A stretch of 64,000 bases of DNA from an uncultured bacterium. Lineage in GTDB: Bacteria; Babelota; Babeliae; Babelales; Vermiphilaceae. The DNA lies in assembly GCA_963702025.1 (NCBI GenBank), contig OY969699.1:1152001-1216000 (forward strand), written 5' to 3'. Positions 47,801-57,587 of the stretch are shown here, in pieces (the stretch's first letter is position 1; the number at the start of each line of letters is the position of its first letter). Below the pieces are notes generated by a model that had not been told where the DNA came from, did no database searches, and was given only the letters and a program-made list of their open reading frames with translations. Position numbers and translations under genes: made by a program.

Positions 47801-48406
47801 ATGTTACTATCATTAAAACGAACTGTTCTGGTTATCGTAGCAAGCGGATTTTCTTTGATCTGCCACGCGCAAGAACCGGCCAAAAAAGAAGAAACAACCT
47901 TATCTAAAATTACAGATCAAGTATTTACAACAATAAAATCAGAAGGCCCTGCACTAGCAGTTTTGGGTCTATTGTTTTATCTCGGGACTTGCGCAAATCT
48001 TCCTACAACAAGAGACAAAAACGATAATATCATTTCTAGCATGCCTACAAGCTTCATGGAAAAGCTATGCCATGAACTGGGCAAGGCAATTATAACTCCG
48101 TGGGCCTGGGGTGAAAAGAATAAACTTATTATCCCGCCAGCACTTGCGGGTTGGGCGTTAGTACGTTTTGGACCGGATAAAGCAATTAACAAATTTCATG
48201 ATTTTATGAGATTCCTCAACATGAAATATGGCATTCTCAATCCCGCAATTAATATTCCGGCAGAAACGCCAGCGCCAACTACTCCGGCTTGGGCAAAAGA
48301 CATCTTAGCACAACAATCAGAAATTAAACGTGAGCTCGCTGAAATGCAAAAACGTATGAATGGCACTAATATCCCAGAAAATGCAGTTGAAATAAAAGCT
48401 GCATAA
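47801..48406 (+). CDS. Hypothetical membrane protein with C-terminal coiled coil
   Basis: GGAG RBS; signal peptide, two hydrophobic segments, Pro-rich linker. Confidence 0.7.
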   Translation: MLLSLKRTVLVIVASGFSLICHAQEPAKKEETTLSKITDQVFTTIKSEGPALAVLGLLFYLGTCANLPTTRDKNDNIISSMPTSFMEKLCHELGKAIITPWAWGEKNKLIIPPALAGWALVRFGPDKAINKFHDFMRFLNMKYGILNPAINIPAETPAPTTPAWAKDILAQQSEIKRELAEMQKRMNGTNIPENAVEIKAA

Positions 48407-48420
48407 TTCAAAGTAAAACC

Positions 48421-48453
48421 GAAAAAGAGCCGAGTAATTCTCGGCTCTTTTTC
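48421..48453. terminator. Rho-independent terminator (bidirectional shape)
   Basis: GAAAAAGAGCCGAG-taatt-CTCGGCTCTTTTTC. Confidence 0.85.
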
Positions 48454-48492
48454 TTAGTATCAAAATAATCCACGTACAAAAGGTGATTCGTT

Positions 48493-49728
48493 ATGAAAAA
48501 TAAAATAATCCTCCTCACACTCGGCATAATTTTTCCCTTTAGCATTAGTGCTATTAATTGGACCCCCTTTGCAAATTTTGTTAATCAAATTGAAAAACGT
48601 GACCTGGCAATCGGTGCTGTGACCCTGACGGTTGGTGGTCTAAGCGGGGTTCTTATCAACAATAAGTATAATGCCAATGCACTTGCACTTGAAAATTTAA
48701 AAATCAAACAAAATAAAGAAAAACAAATAGAACTCCGCAAAAAACAAGAAGAAGAAAAAGCTGAACGGATCAAGCAAGAAGAACAAGACAGAAAAAATAA
48801 AATTGAACAACAAAAAAAGGATGCGCACAGTTTGCTTGATCATATAAAAAATCATTATAACCAGCAGTTTTCTCTTCTAGCATCAGAAAGGCTTGATCAT
48901 GATAAGCAAGCTTTTATTAATAGCATAAGAAGTATGTATAACAGTCGGCCATTTTTAACGTTTTATCAGTCTCTTGAAACGGATATATTACAGTTAAAAG
49001 CCGCGGAAAATATCATACCAGAAAAAGAAACGGTACGAATCGAGCTTGCTGAGAAACTCGAAAAAATAAAAAATAACTACAATCTTATGCTTGCTGACCA
49101 TCAGGAAATTGAGCAACAGAAAAACGATCAATTAAAAAGGCTCGCTGAAGAACATCAACGCAAAAAACAAAAAGAAGATCTTGAGCTTGAGAAAATACGT
49201 AATGACGAACGTTTTAAAAAAAATAAAGAAGAGATGGAGCTTGAAAAATTACGAATCGAGCAACGGCATGCGCGAGAAAAAGCGCAATTAGAGCTTGAAA
49301 AGCTTCATGCAGAAATTGCGTATTACAAAACATCTAAGCAGGATATAACCAAAGAACTCGAGGCAATTAAACACGAACTAAAAAACCGTGACAAAATGCA
49401 ACCGTCATGGGCAGCAGAATTTACGCGACTCATAAAAGATGAGATTACGACATTAAAAAAACGTATGGACACGGTGGAAAATTCAATCGTTGGCAATATT
49501 GCGAGTTTCAAAAAAGATGTTGCTGATGTTAAAAAAGATGTTAGAGATTTCAAGCAAATCCTTGAAAAAAATCAGCCACAGTCATATATATTGCCACCGC
49601 CCTATAATCCAGCGGCACAGCAACCATACAATTCACCAGTTCCGTCACATCAACCACCACCAAGTTTTGGGTATGGTGAAACACAAACTAACCCGGACAT
49701 GGTAGCCATTCCGGTGCCAAGAAGCTAG
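48493..49728 (+). CDS. Exported coiled-coil protein with Pro-rich tail
   Basis: Signal peptide, TM, long K/E/Q coiled coil with repeated LELEK, tail LPPPYNP…QPPPSF. Confidence 0.8.
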   Translation: MKNKIILLTLGIIFPFSISAINWTPFANFVNQIEKRDLAIGAVTLTVGGLSGVLINNKYNANALALENLKIKQNKEKQIELRKKQEEEKAERIKQEEQDRKNKIEQQKKDAHSLLDHIKNHYNQQFSLLASERLDHDKQAFINSIRSMYNSRPFLTFYQSLETDILQLKAAENIIPEKETVRIELAEKLEKIKNNYNLMLADHQEIEQQKNDQLKRLAEEHQRKKQKEDLELEKIRNDERFKKNKEEMELEKLRIEQRHAREKAQLELEKLHAEIAYYKTSKQDITKELEAIKHELKNRDKMQPSWAAEFTRLIKDEITTLKKRMDTVENSIVGNIASFKKDVADVKKDVRDFKQILEKNQPQSYILPPPYNPAAQQPYNSPVPSHQPPPSFGYGETQTNPDMVAIPVPRS

Positions 49729-49774
49729 TGTAGTAATTAAGGCTTAAGATAAAAACTAGAGACACAATTGAAAA

Positions 49775-49828
49775 AGGCCGCTCGTGGTGAGTAGGCTCTG
49801 CAAGAGCCGTATCGAATCCATGCGGCCT
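49775..49828 (+). repeat. Left palindrome flanking the GIY-YIG gene
   Basis: AGGCCGC-TCGTGGTGAGTA-GGCTCT-GCA-AGAGCC-GTATCGAATCCAT-GCGGCCT. Confidence 0.9.
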
Positions 49829-49844
49829 AAAAATTTAAGATATT

Positions 49845-50132
49845 ATGAATTGCTTTTATGTATATATTTTAAGATGCAATGATAGCTCTTATTATGTCGG
49901 ACATACTGATAATATTGAAAAAAGAATTGCAGAGCATGTCTCAGGTTCTTATCCCGGTTATACACAAACGCGTTTACCTATAGAGCTTGTTTATATGCAA
50001 GAGTTTGCAAGCCGTGATGAAGCCCTCAACGCAGAACATCAAATAAAGAAATGGAATCGAAAGAAAAAGGAAGCACTTATTGACAATGATTGGAACTCTT
50101 TAAAATTGTTAGCGAAAAAGAAATTCTATTGA
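49845..50132 (+). CDS. Stand-alone GIY-YIG nuclease (UPF0213/YhbQ-like)
   Basis: FYVYIL…YYVGHT…R…H…YT…P.ELVY…A…E.QIK.W.R.KKEAL; the catalytic Tyr, Arg and Glu positions are present. Confidence 0.93.
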   Translation: MNCFYVYILRCNDSSYYVGHTDNIEKRIAEHVSGSYPGYTQTRLPIELVYMQEFASRDEALNAEHQIKKWNRKKKEALIDNDWNSLKLLAKKKFY

Positions 50133-50144
50133 TGAATGTTTATT

Positions 50145-50198
50145 AAACCCGCATGGTTCGATATGATTGCTTCGCAATCACTCACCACGAGCGGGTTT
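50145..50198 (-). repeat. Right palindrome flanking the GIY-YIG gene (inverted relative to left copy)
   Basis: Reverse complement AAACCCGC-TCGTGGTGAG-TGATTGC-GAA-GCAATCA-TATCGAACCAT-GCGGGTTT. Confidence 0.9.
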
Positions 50199-50240
50199 TA
50201 TGATTAACTTTTACAATTCTTACCTTGAAGATAATCTTAT

Positions 50241-51920
50241 CTACTTTCTATTTGCTTGCCGTGCAATACAGGCAACAATAAATCCCTCAAAAAGCGGGCT
50301 TGGGTTTCCAAGCCTGCTTTTAAATTCAGGATGTGCTTGGGTGGCAATAAAAAATGGATGGTCCGCAATTTCTAAAAATTCCATTAAGCGTGTGCCATCA
50401 TGCCGTTCATGATAACCGGAAAATGTAATGCCTTTTTGTTCCAGCACATCAACATACACCGGATTCACTTCATAGCGATGACGGTGCCGTTCATTCACGA
50501 CATATTTTTCCTCGTAATACTCTACTTTATTAGCTTTTGCGTAGAGTTGCGCCACTTTACTTTCTTTTTTTACGGTGGCCGCATACCCGCCAAGCCGCAT
50601 CGAGCCACCGATAGAATGCTCGGCAAGCATCTGTTTTTGGGTAGGTAAAATGTCGATAATAGGAAATTCAGTAGCATCATTCACTTCTGTGGTATGTGCC
50701 GTTTTTAAATTGCAACTAGTGCGCGCAAATTCAACGGCAGCCAGCTGCATGCCATAACAAAGTCCCAGATAAGGAATATTATTGTGCCGAACATAGCCGA
50801 TTGTAGAAATCTTTCCTTCCACGCCAGCACTGCCAAAGCCACCGGGAATAATTACCCCATCAAAAAGAGCAAGTATCTTGAGCTGCTCAAGATTCGTTGT
50901 TTCAAACATCTGCGCATTGATCCAATTAATTTCAATGCCAATATTATGCTGCGCCCCGGCATGTACCAATGCCTGATAAATGCTCACATAACTATCAGTG
51001 AGACTAAAATCACCAATGTCCAAATATTTACCCACAATAGCAATTTTGACTTTATAGGATGGATTTTTGATTGCGTTAACCAATCCGTTCCACCTTTGCC
51101 AATCCGGCACTCTTTTAGATGGTAAATGGAAATGGCGCAACACTTTTTGCCCGAGTTGCTCACGTTCCAGGTAGAGGGGCATTTCGTACACCGTATCGAT
51201 ATCAGGCGCAGAGATAATTTGATCTGCATGCACATAAGAACATTGTTCTATCTTTTTCTTGCGAATTTCATCAAGCGGCTGCTTTGCACGGCAAATGATA
51301 AAATCAGGCAAAATTCCTTCTTGCCCCAGAAGCCGTACGGCTTGTTGCGTCGGTTTTGTCTTCATCTCTTGCATATGATCAGGAATCGGCAAGTAGGTGA
51401 CCAACACATAGGCGATACTGTCAGCGCCAAGTTCCCGCTCTAAACCTTTGATTGCAAATAAAAATGGCACGTTTTCATAATCACCGACGGTGCCCCCCAA
51501 TTCTATAATGGCAATCTCATAGCCTGCTGATGCATCTAGGATGCGGCGTTTAACTTCATCCAAAATATGGGGCATAAATTGTACCGTTTGGCCCAAATAT
51601 TCGCCACGTCGTTCACGATCAATAACCGTCTTATAAATTTGGCCGGTGGTTATGTTATTTTTCTTGGGGATATCTTCATCTAAAAATCGTTCATAGGTAC
51701 CCAAATCTTGGTCAATTTCGCCGCCATCTTCTGTTACCCAGACTTCGCCATGTTCCGTGGGCCTCAAAGTCCCTGCGTCGTAATTGATATACGGATCAAT
51801 CTTAATTAAGGTGGTTTTATACCCATGTTCTTTTAAAATCTTGCCCAAGGATGCCGTGGTTACGCCTTTGCCAACCCCGGAAATAACTCCTCCTGCAACA
51901 ACAATAAATTTTGTATTCAT
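50241..51920 (-). CDS. pyrG: CTP synthase
   Basis: GGVISGVGKG, KIDPYIN, HGEV, KTKPTQ, GLCYGMQ, RHRHRYE, QAHPEF. Confidence 0.98.
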   Translation of the reverse strand: MNTKFIVVAGGVISGVGKGVTTASLGKILKEHGYKTTLIKIDPYINYDAGTLRPTEHGEVWVTEDGGEIDQDLGTYERFLDEDIPKKNNITTGQIYKTVIDRERRGEYLGQTVQFMPHILDEVKRRILDASAGYEIAIIELGGTVGDYENVPFLFAIKGLERELGADSIAYVLVTYLPIPDHMQEMKTKPTQQAVRLLGQEGILPDFIICRAKQPLDEIRKKKIEQCSYVHADQIISAPDIDTVYEMPLYLEREQLGQKVLRHFHLPSKRVPDWQRWNGLVNAIKNPSYKVKIAIVGKYLDIGDFSLTDSYVSIYQALVHAGAQHNIGIEINWINAQMFETTNLEQLKILALFDGVIIPGGFGSAGVEGKISTIGYVRHNNIPYLGLCYGMQLAAVEFARTSCNLKTAHTTEVNDATEFPIIDILPTQKQMLAEHSIGGSMRLGGYAATVKKESKVAQLYAKANKVEYYEEKYVVNERHRHRYEVNPVYVDVLEQKGITFSGYHERHDGTRLMEFLEIADHPFFIATQAHPEFKSRLGNPSPLFEGFIVACIARQANRK

Positions 51921-52005
51921 ATGATTTCCAAATCAAACTCAAAAAAACCAACTCGGTAATTGTAGCAAACTACGCACGACTTATCTAACAAGAAATATAC
52001 GGTAA

Positions 52006-53256
52006 TTACAACAACAATCCAACAACCATGGCAGAAAGTAGATTAGCAAGTGAACTTCCTAGTACCGCATACAATCCCAACTGGGTAATCGTGTGTTGTT
52101 TATCCGGCGCTAATGCACCAATCATGCCAATTTGTATGCCGATACAAGAAAAGTTGGAAAAACCACAAAGGGCATACACCAAAATAGTAAAAGTACGCGG
52201 ACTCACCGCCGCTTTGGCAAGCTCACTAAAGGCAACCAACTCATTGACCGACACTTTAATGCCCAGCAATTTACTCGCTTGCCATAATTCAGCGCCGGTA
52301 AACCCCAGTAAATAAGCAAACGGAGCAAAGAGATACGAAAGGATCAGTGCAATGCTTAGCTGAGGAAGTTGTAGCGAAAACCATTGATTCAAATGATGAC
52401 TGATGGACCCCAATAAATAATCCCCCAATGCCAATAATGCCAAGAAGGAGATTAACATCGCCGCAACACCGAGGGCAAGTTGTAATCCATCCATAGTTCC
52501 TTTAGCTATAGCATCAAAACTATTTGATCTCTTTTTTTCGAATTTAATAGCTAAATTATGTTCCACTGATGATTTTTGCGTTTCGGGAATCAATATTTTA
52601 GCAATAAATATCGATGCAGGAATACTCATCACACTCGCCGTTAACAAATGTCCACCGGGCATACCGATCAATGTATAAATCACGAAGACCGAAATACTGA
52701 TCGCTGCCATGCCGCTGCACATCAGCACAAAAAGTTCTGAACGCGTCATCAAATGAATATAATTACTCATAAAAAGAGCCGCTTCCGTTTGCCCTAAAAT
52801 ACTATTGGCAATTGCTGTCATCGTCTCAATGCCCGATGCGCCAATCAAAGGTCTAATAATGGCGTTTAAGCCAATTACCAAACGTTGGATAATGCCCCAA
52901 TGGAATAAAAGCCCCGTGAGTGCGCCGACAAAAATTATTACGGGCAACACTTTAACTGCAAAAATGAAACCCCACGGTAGCGTATGATCGCCAAGTTTAC
53001 CAAACATAAATTCAATACCTTTGTCGGCAAACACATATAACATGCCGGCAGCATCCGCTATTTTACCAACAACAACTTGCCCCCAAGAGGTTCGTAACAT
53101 GGCAAAAGCAAAGACAAAATGAAGCGCCAGCGCACTCAGAATTAATCGCAGATTGATTGCGCGCCGATTTTTTGAGAAAGCATATGCGATGAGCGCAATT
53201 ACTAGAATGCCGACAATATTTAAATAACGATTATATTCGATGAAATAAGAAAGCAT
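52006..53256 (-). CDS. nupC: CNT/NupC family nucleoside transporter
   Basis: FAVKVLPVIIF, LGQTEA, VMSIPAS, NELVAF, YALCGFSNFS.IGIQIG; start at MLSYF. Confidence 0.92.
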   Translation of the reverse strand: MLSYFIEYNRYLNIVGILVIALIAYAFSKNRRAINLRLILSALALHFVFAFAMLRTSWGQVVVGKIADAAGMLYVFADKGIEFMFGKLGDHTLPWGFIFAVKVLPVIIFVGALTGLLFHWGIIQRLVIGLNAIIRPLIGASGIETMTAIANSILGQTEAALFMSNYIHLMTRSELFVLMCSGMAAISISVFVIYTLIGMPGGHLLTASVMSIPASIFIAKILIPETQKSSVEHNLAIKFEKKRSNSFDAIAKGTMDGLQLALGVAAMLISFLALLALGDYLLGSISHHLNQWFSLQLPQLSIALILSYLFAPFAYLLGFTGAELWQASKLLGIKVSVNELVAFSELAKAAVSPRTFTILVYALCGFSNFSCIGIQIGMIGALAPDKQHTITQLGLYAVLGSSLANLLSAMVVGLLL

Positions 53257-53502
53257 GAAAATCCTTATGTTGTTACTTCTTTGTAACCAATAATTGCAAA
53301 ACATTTATCTAAAATATCTTTTGCATACCTATCCCTTATTAATTAAAACAACTAGGCAAAAGTATAACGGAAAAATAAGAAAAAAAAGTAAATTTATTTA
53401 TTTTATGAGCAAAACCCTTTTTTTTGGTTTTGATAGTTGAATAAACAATAAAAAAGGCCCGTATCGCTACGGACCTTCATAATTAAAGAAGCAGATTATA
53501 TA

Positions 53503-54291
53503 TTAGCCTTTTGGAACCGGCTGTTGAAGTGCGTCAGAACCGCTTATTTTTGCGCGTTTTAGCATTTCTGCTTTATTATTTTTAAATGTTCGTTGATCAG
53601 CATCTGCTTGGATATATTCTCTTGCAGCCCCATCACTAAATACTGCTTGATAAATCTGATTACCTGGCTTGTTAGGATCTGGAGACGTACGTATTTCAAA
53701 GCCAATTACATTTGCCGGAAGAATTGTTTCTCTTCCCAAAAAGTTTTTTATTTTCTTAGCACCAACGCTCGCTAATACGGCACCTTCATGGAGTGGTACT
53801 AAATTATCATGTAACGTTACAATAACGTAATAGACGTCTCCGGTTCTCCATTCAGCAAATCTCCCACTGTTTCCACGAGGAACATCTGGGTGGAATGCAT
53901 TGGTTTCACCACGGTGTAAACGACCAAGAAGATCTTGTATTTGGGTTCCGAACACTTGGTTAGCCAATTTTAACGTTTCTGCAGTCAAATTAAGTCCGCC
54001 AGCAAATGCCATTGAAAATCCTACTGTTGGACCTGCAAGGATTACTCCTAGCGGCATACTTACACCCTTAGCTTTATCAAGAACGTCCACAATGGTATCT
54101 GGAACATGTAATGTAAGTGCGTATGCTTTATGCTGTTTCATCGCATCAGCGGCGCTATTTGCTTTATAGGCATAAATATCAACTGCTGGGAGCACACTAC
54201 CACTTCCATGGACAATCGCATACGCTTGCATTAAAGACCCGGTACATAAAAGCAGGGCCACGCTCATTATTTTTACAAAAGATGGCTTCAT
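53503..54291 (-). CDS. Secreted hypothetical protein, tandem copy A
   Basis: AAGGA RBS, signal peptide, 262 aa. Confidence 0.8.
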   Translation of the reverse strand: MKPSFVKIMSVALLLCTGSLMQAYAIVHGSGSVLPAVDIYAYKANSAADAMKQHKAYALTLHVPDTIVDVLDKAKGVSMPLGVILAGPTVGFSMAFAGGLNLTAETLKLANQVFGTQIQDLLGRLHRGETNAFHPDVPRGNSGRFAEWRTGDVYYVIVTLHDNLVPLHEGAVLASVGAKKIKNFLGRETILPANVIGFEIRTSPDPNKPGNQIYQAVFSDGAAREYIQADADQRTFKNNKAEMLKRAKISGSDALQQPVPKG

Positions 54292-54377
54292 TTTTTCCTT
54301 TTTTGATTTAAAAATACTACTCGAGAAAAAGGCCCGTATTGCTACGAGCCTTCATAATTAAAGAAGCAGATTATATA

Positions 54378-55166
54378 TTAGCCTTTTGGAACTGGTTGTT
54401 CAAGTGCGTCAGAACCGCTTATTTTTGCGCGTTTTAGCATTTCTGCTTTATTATTTTTAAATGTTCGTTGATCAGCATCTGCTTGGATATATTCTCTTGC
54501 AGCCCCATCACTAAATACTGCTTGATAAATCTGATTACCTGGCTTGTTAGGATCTGGAGACGTACGTATTTCAAAGCCAATTACATTTGCCGGAAGAATT
54601 GTTTCTCTTCCCAAAAAGTTTTTTATTTTCTTAGCACCAACGCTTGCCAATACGGCACCTTCATGGAGTGGTACTAAATTATCATGTAACGTTACAATAA
54701 CGTAATAGACGTCTCCGGTTCTCCATTCAGCAAATCTCCCACTGTTTCCACGAGGAACATCTGGGTGGAATGCATTGGTTTCACCACGGTGTAAACGACC
54801 GAGAAGGCCTTGTATTTGGGTTCCAAACATTTTATTCGCTTCTATTAAGACCTTTGCGGTGATATCGAATCCTTGAGCAACGGCAACTGAAAATCCTTCA
54901 GTTGGACCGGCAAGAGCTGCCCCTATTGGCGCACTTACACCCTTTGCTACCTCTAACACGTCTGCGACTGCACCTGGAACACTTAATGTAAGTGCATAAG
55001 CTTTATGCTGCCTGATTGCATCCTTGGCATCTTTAGCTTTGTAGGCATAAATATCAACTGCAGGAAGCGCACTCCCGCTTCCATGAACAATAGCATACCC
55101 ATGTAATAATGGTCCGGCAAACAAGAGCAATCCAACGCTCCATGTTTTTAGAAATAATAACTTCAT
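54378..55166 (-). CDS. Secreted hypothetical protein, tandem copy B
   Basis: AAGGAG RBS, signal peptide, 262 aa; C-terminal half nearly identical to copy A. Confidence 0.8.
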   Translation of the reverse strand: MKLLFLKTWSVGLLLFAGPLLHGYAIVHGSGSALPAVDIYAYKAKDAKDAIRQHKAYALTLSVPGAVADVLEVAKGVSAPIGAALAGPTEGFSVAVAQGFDITAKVLIEANKMFGTQIQGLLGRLHRGETNAFHPDVPRGNSGRFAEWRTGDVYYVIVTLHDNLVPLHEGAVLASVGAKKIKNFLGRETILPANVIGFEIRTSPDPNKPGNQIYQAVFSDGAAREYIQADADQRTFKNNKAEMLKRAKISGSDALEQPVPKG

Positions 55167-55251
55167 CGCAACTCCTTTTTAGAAAAATAGTATTACATTT
55201 GGCTCTATAAAAGACCTAGCATAGAGAAGCGTTTATTTGCAATATTTGAAT

Positions 55252-56481
55252 CTGAAGTTCGGACATAAATAGAAGAGACTCCTGTTCTGGTGTATTTTTA
55301 AAAAAAACAAAGAAACACCAAAAACAGGAGAATCATGATTGCCAAAAAAGATATCATAAAAATGATTAATTCGCTAAAAGTATTTAACATTCATGTTGCC
55401 GACTTCATCGGATCGATGATTTGGGGGTTCCAACAAGCAAAAAAGCTTAGAATTTCCAGCATTTCTGCTGCATCACCCGGCAAGTATGAATCTAACTATA
55501 AAAACATCACAAGATCTCTAAATAAATTAGAAGTTTCTCAGCTTTCAGAAGCTCTTTTGTCATTTCAGGACCAAGCGAGTGATATCCTATTGCTCGATTT
55601 TACTGAGATGACTCGAAAAAATGCTAAACGCACTGCTTATATTGGATATTTAAAAGATGGAGAAACACTTGGCTACAGCATATTGGCACTGAGTGTACCA
55701 TTCAAAGGAAGATCTAAAATAATATTTGCTGATGTAATATCTTCTTCAATCATTGCTGAGAGCGCAACTGGAAAGTGGAAGCTTATTCAAGAAGCTTTAC
55801 GCCCATTAATTCCTTTGCTTCAGAGTAAGATAATTGTCATTGATCGTGAACTTTGCAATGAGGAGATGATCAAGTTCTTTCATAAACATCAAATTCATTA
55901 TTCAATACGCTTAAAAATAAGTGCTGGAAAAAACCAAATTATTATTACTGACAAAAAAGGCAGCAGGATTAACATTTCTATTACTCGCGGCTCAAAGAAA
56001 AATTGGAAAGGGGTTTATTATAAAGGGAAAATCAAAGTAAATATTGCTGCTGAATGGCAAAGCAATATGCCTGAGCCAATGTATATAATTACAGATTGTC
56101 AGCCAAGTGAAGGTTTAAAATACTATAAAAAACGCATGAAAATAGAGGAAAGTTTCAAAGATATAAAAGATAAATTGGGCTTTACAAAAATCATGAATAA
56201 AACTTTAGGCAATCTCCTTAAAATGCTCCTCATTGGATTAATTGCCTACAATCTATTGATTTTGATAGGCGAAATGCTGCGATTACAAGTGCTCACGAAG
56301 CGCGAAAGGCTTAAGTTCAGCGGTTTGCATTTATTGCTTAATATGATTTATTCATATTCTCGATCCAAACTTCGGAAAGCACTACGTCAAGTTGAATTCC
56401 ATCTGCTTGAAAATAATTCAGATGATGTTGTTTGGTTAAGAGCCTTTAGGAATTGTTAAAATGAAATTGTCCGAACTTAAG
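55252..56481 (+). mobile_element. IS4-family insertion sequence (1230 bp)
   Basis: TIRs CTGAAGTTCGGACA (55252-55265) and TGTCCGAACTTAAG (56468-56481), 13/14 match; TTGAAT direct repeat on both sides (55246-55251, 56482-56487). Confidence 0.9.
55335..56459 (+). CDS. IS4-family DDE transposase
   Basis: LLDFTE, IVIDRE, YKKRMKIEESFKDIK (YREK signature); AGGAG RBS. Confidence 0.9.
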   Translation: MIAKKDIIKMINSLKVFNIHVADFIGSMIWGFQQAKKLRISSISAASPGKYESNYKNITRSLNKLEVSQLSEALLSFQDQASDILLLDFTEMTRKNAKRTAYIGYLKDGETLGYSILALSVPFKGRSKIIFADVISSSIIAESATGKWKLIQEALRPLIPLLQSKIIVIDRELCNEEMIKFFHKHQIHYSIRLKISAGKNQIIITDKKGSRINISITRGSKKNWKGVYYKGKIKVNIAAEWQSNMPEPMYIITDCQPSEGLKYYKKRMKIEESFKDIKDKLGFTKIMNKTLGNLLKMLLIGLIAYNLLILIGEMLRLQVLTKRERLKFSGLHLLLNMIYSYSRSKLRKALRQVEFHLLENNSDDVVWLRAFRNC

Positions 56482-56510
56482 TTGAATTTAAAAAGATGTT
56501 GAAAGAAATT

Positions 56511-57587
56511 TTAACGTTGAGAAATAAGGGCAGGATTTTTTTTGCGATCTTCACGCTCTTTGTTCATAAGCGCATCGATAATTTCATCCATTTCACCCTC
56601 CACGACCATATCAAGCTTTTTGAGGGTCACATCCACTTGGTGATCGGTCACGCGATTTTGCGGGAAATTGTAGGTACGCACTTTTTCAGCACGCTCCCCG
56701 GTGCCCACTTGTTCTTTACGTTGTTTGCGCATTTCGGCTTCAGATTTTTCCATCTGCGCCGCAAGTAAACGGGATTGCAAAAGCTTCATGGCTTTCGCTT
56801 TATTTTTATGCTGAGAACGCTCTTCTTGGCAGGCGACTACCACGCCGGTCGGAATATGCGTTACACGAACCGCAGAATCGGTGGTATTAACGTGTTGGCC
56901 ACCCGCACCGCTTGAACGATAGACATCAATGCGCAAATCTGCCGGATTAATGGTAACATCAACTTCTTCCGCTTCAGGCAAAACGGCAACCGTTACGGTT
57001 GATGTATGCACGCGGCCTTGCGTTTCGGTCGTTGGCACACGCTGCACGCGATGAACGCCGGATTCATATTTAAGGTGCCCATACACCCCTTTGCCTTGAA
57101 TGTGCAAAATTATTTCTCTATAGCCGCCAAGATCGGTAGTACTGACACTTTCCACGCTCACGCGCCAGTGATTTTTTTGCGCATAGGCAGTGTACATTTT
57201 TTGTAAATCTGCAACAAAGAGCGCAGCTTCTTGACCACCCGCGCCCGCACGAATTTCTAAGTATACTGAACGATCATTGCGCTCGTCGGGGGGAAACAAG
57301 ATATCATCCAATTCTTTTTGTTTAAGAGTAAGCTTGAGCTGAATTTCGAGCAATTCATCAGCAAACATTTGTGCAAGCTCAGCATCGGCCGTTTGGGCAG
57401 CATCTTTTTTTGCTTGCTCAATGCCCTGCTCAAGCGCAACAATTTGACGATGTTTTTCTAAAAGAAGAGTAAGGTTGGAAAATTCCCTTTGCAATTGCTG
57501 ACGCTTATTAACCTCCAAAGAAGGATTGGAAAGCTCGCCAGAAAGCTCATCGTATCTTTTTTGTAATGAATCCCAGGCTATTGCCAT
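56511..57587 (-). CDS. prfA: Peptide chain release factor 1
   Basis: [14 protein letters not shown], PxT motif (RVPTTE), [21 protein letters not shown]. Confidence 0.98.
   Translation of the reverse strand: MAIAWDSLQKRYDELSGELSNPSLEVNKRQQLQREFSNLTLLLEKHRQIVALEQGIEQAKKDAAQTADAELAQMFADELLEIQLKLTLKQKELDDILFPPDERNDRSVYLEIRAGAGGQEAALFVADLQKMYTAYAQKNHWRVSVESVSTTDLGGYREIILHIQGKGVYGHLKYESGVHRVQRVPTTETQGRVHTSTVTVAVLPEAEEVDVTINPADLRIDVYRSSGAGGQHVNTTDSAVRVTHIPTGVVVACQEERSQHKNKAKAMKLLQSRLLAAQMEKSEAEMRKQRKEQVGTGERAEKVRTYNFPQNRVTDHQVDVTLKKLDMVVEGEMDEIIDALMNKEREDRKKNPALISQR

Larger units (their letters stand above)
53451..55166. repeat. Tandem duplication (875-bp period) of a gene plus its downstream hairpin
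   Basis: 53451-54291 and 54326-55166 align at offset 875, including the AAAAAGGCCCGTA…TACG..CCTT hairpin. Confidence 0.95.

Noticed and set aside
50167..50412. 81-aa ORF after the GIY-YIG gene
   Set aside because: Starts inside the palindrome and runs antisense into pyrG.
53503..55166. Diversity-generating retroelement template/variable repeat pair
   Set aside because: Both copies are full genes, differences are not adenine-specific, and there is no reverse transcriptase in the window.
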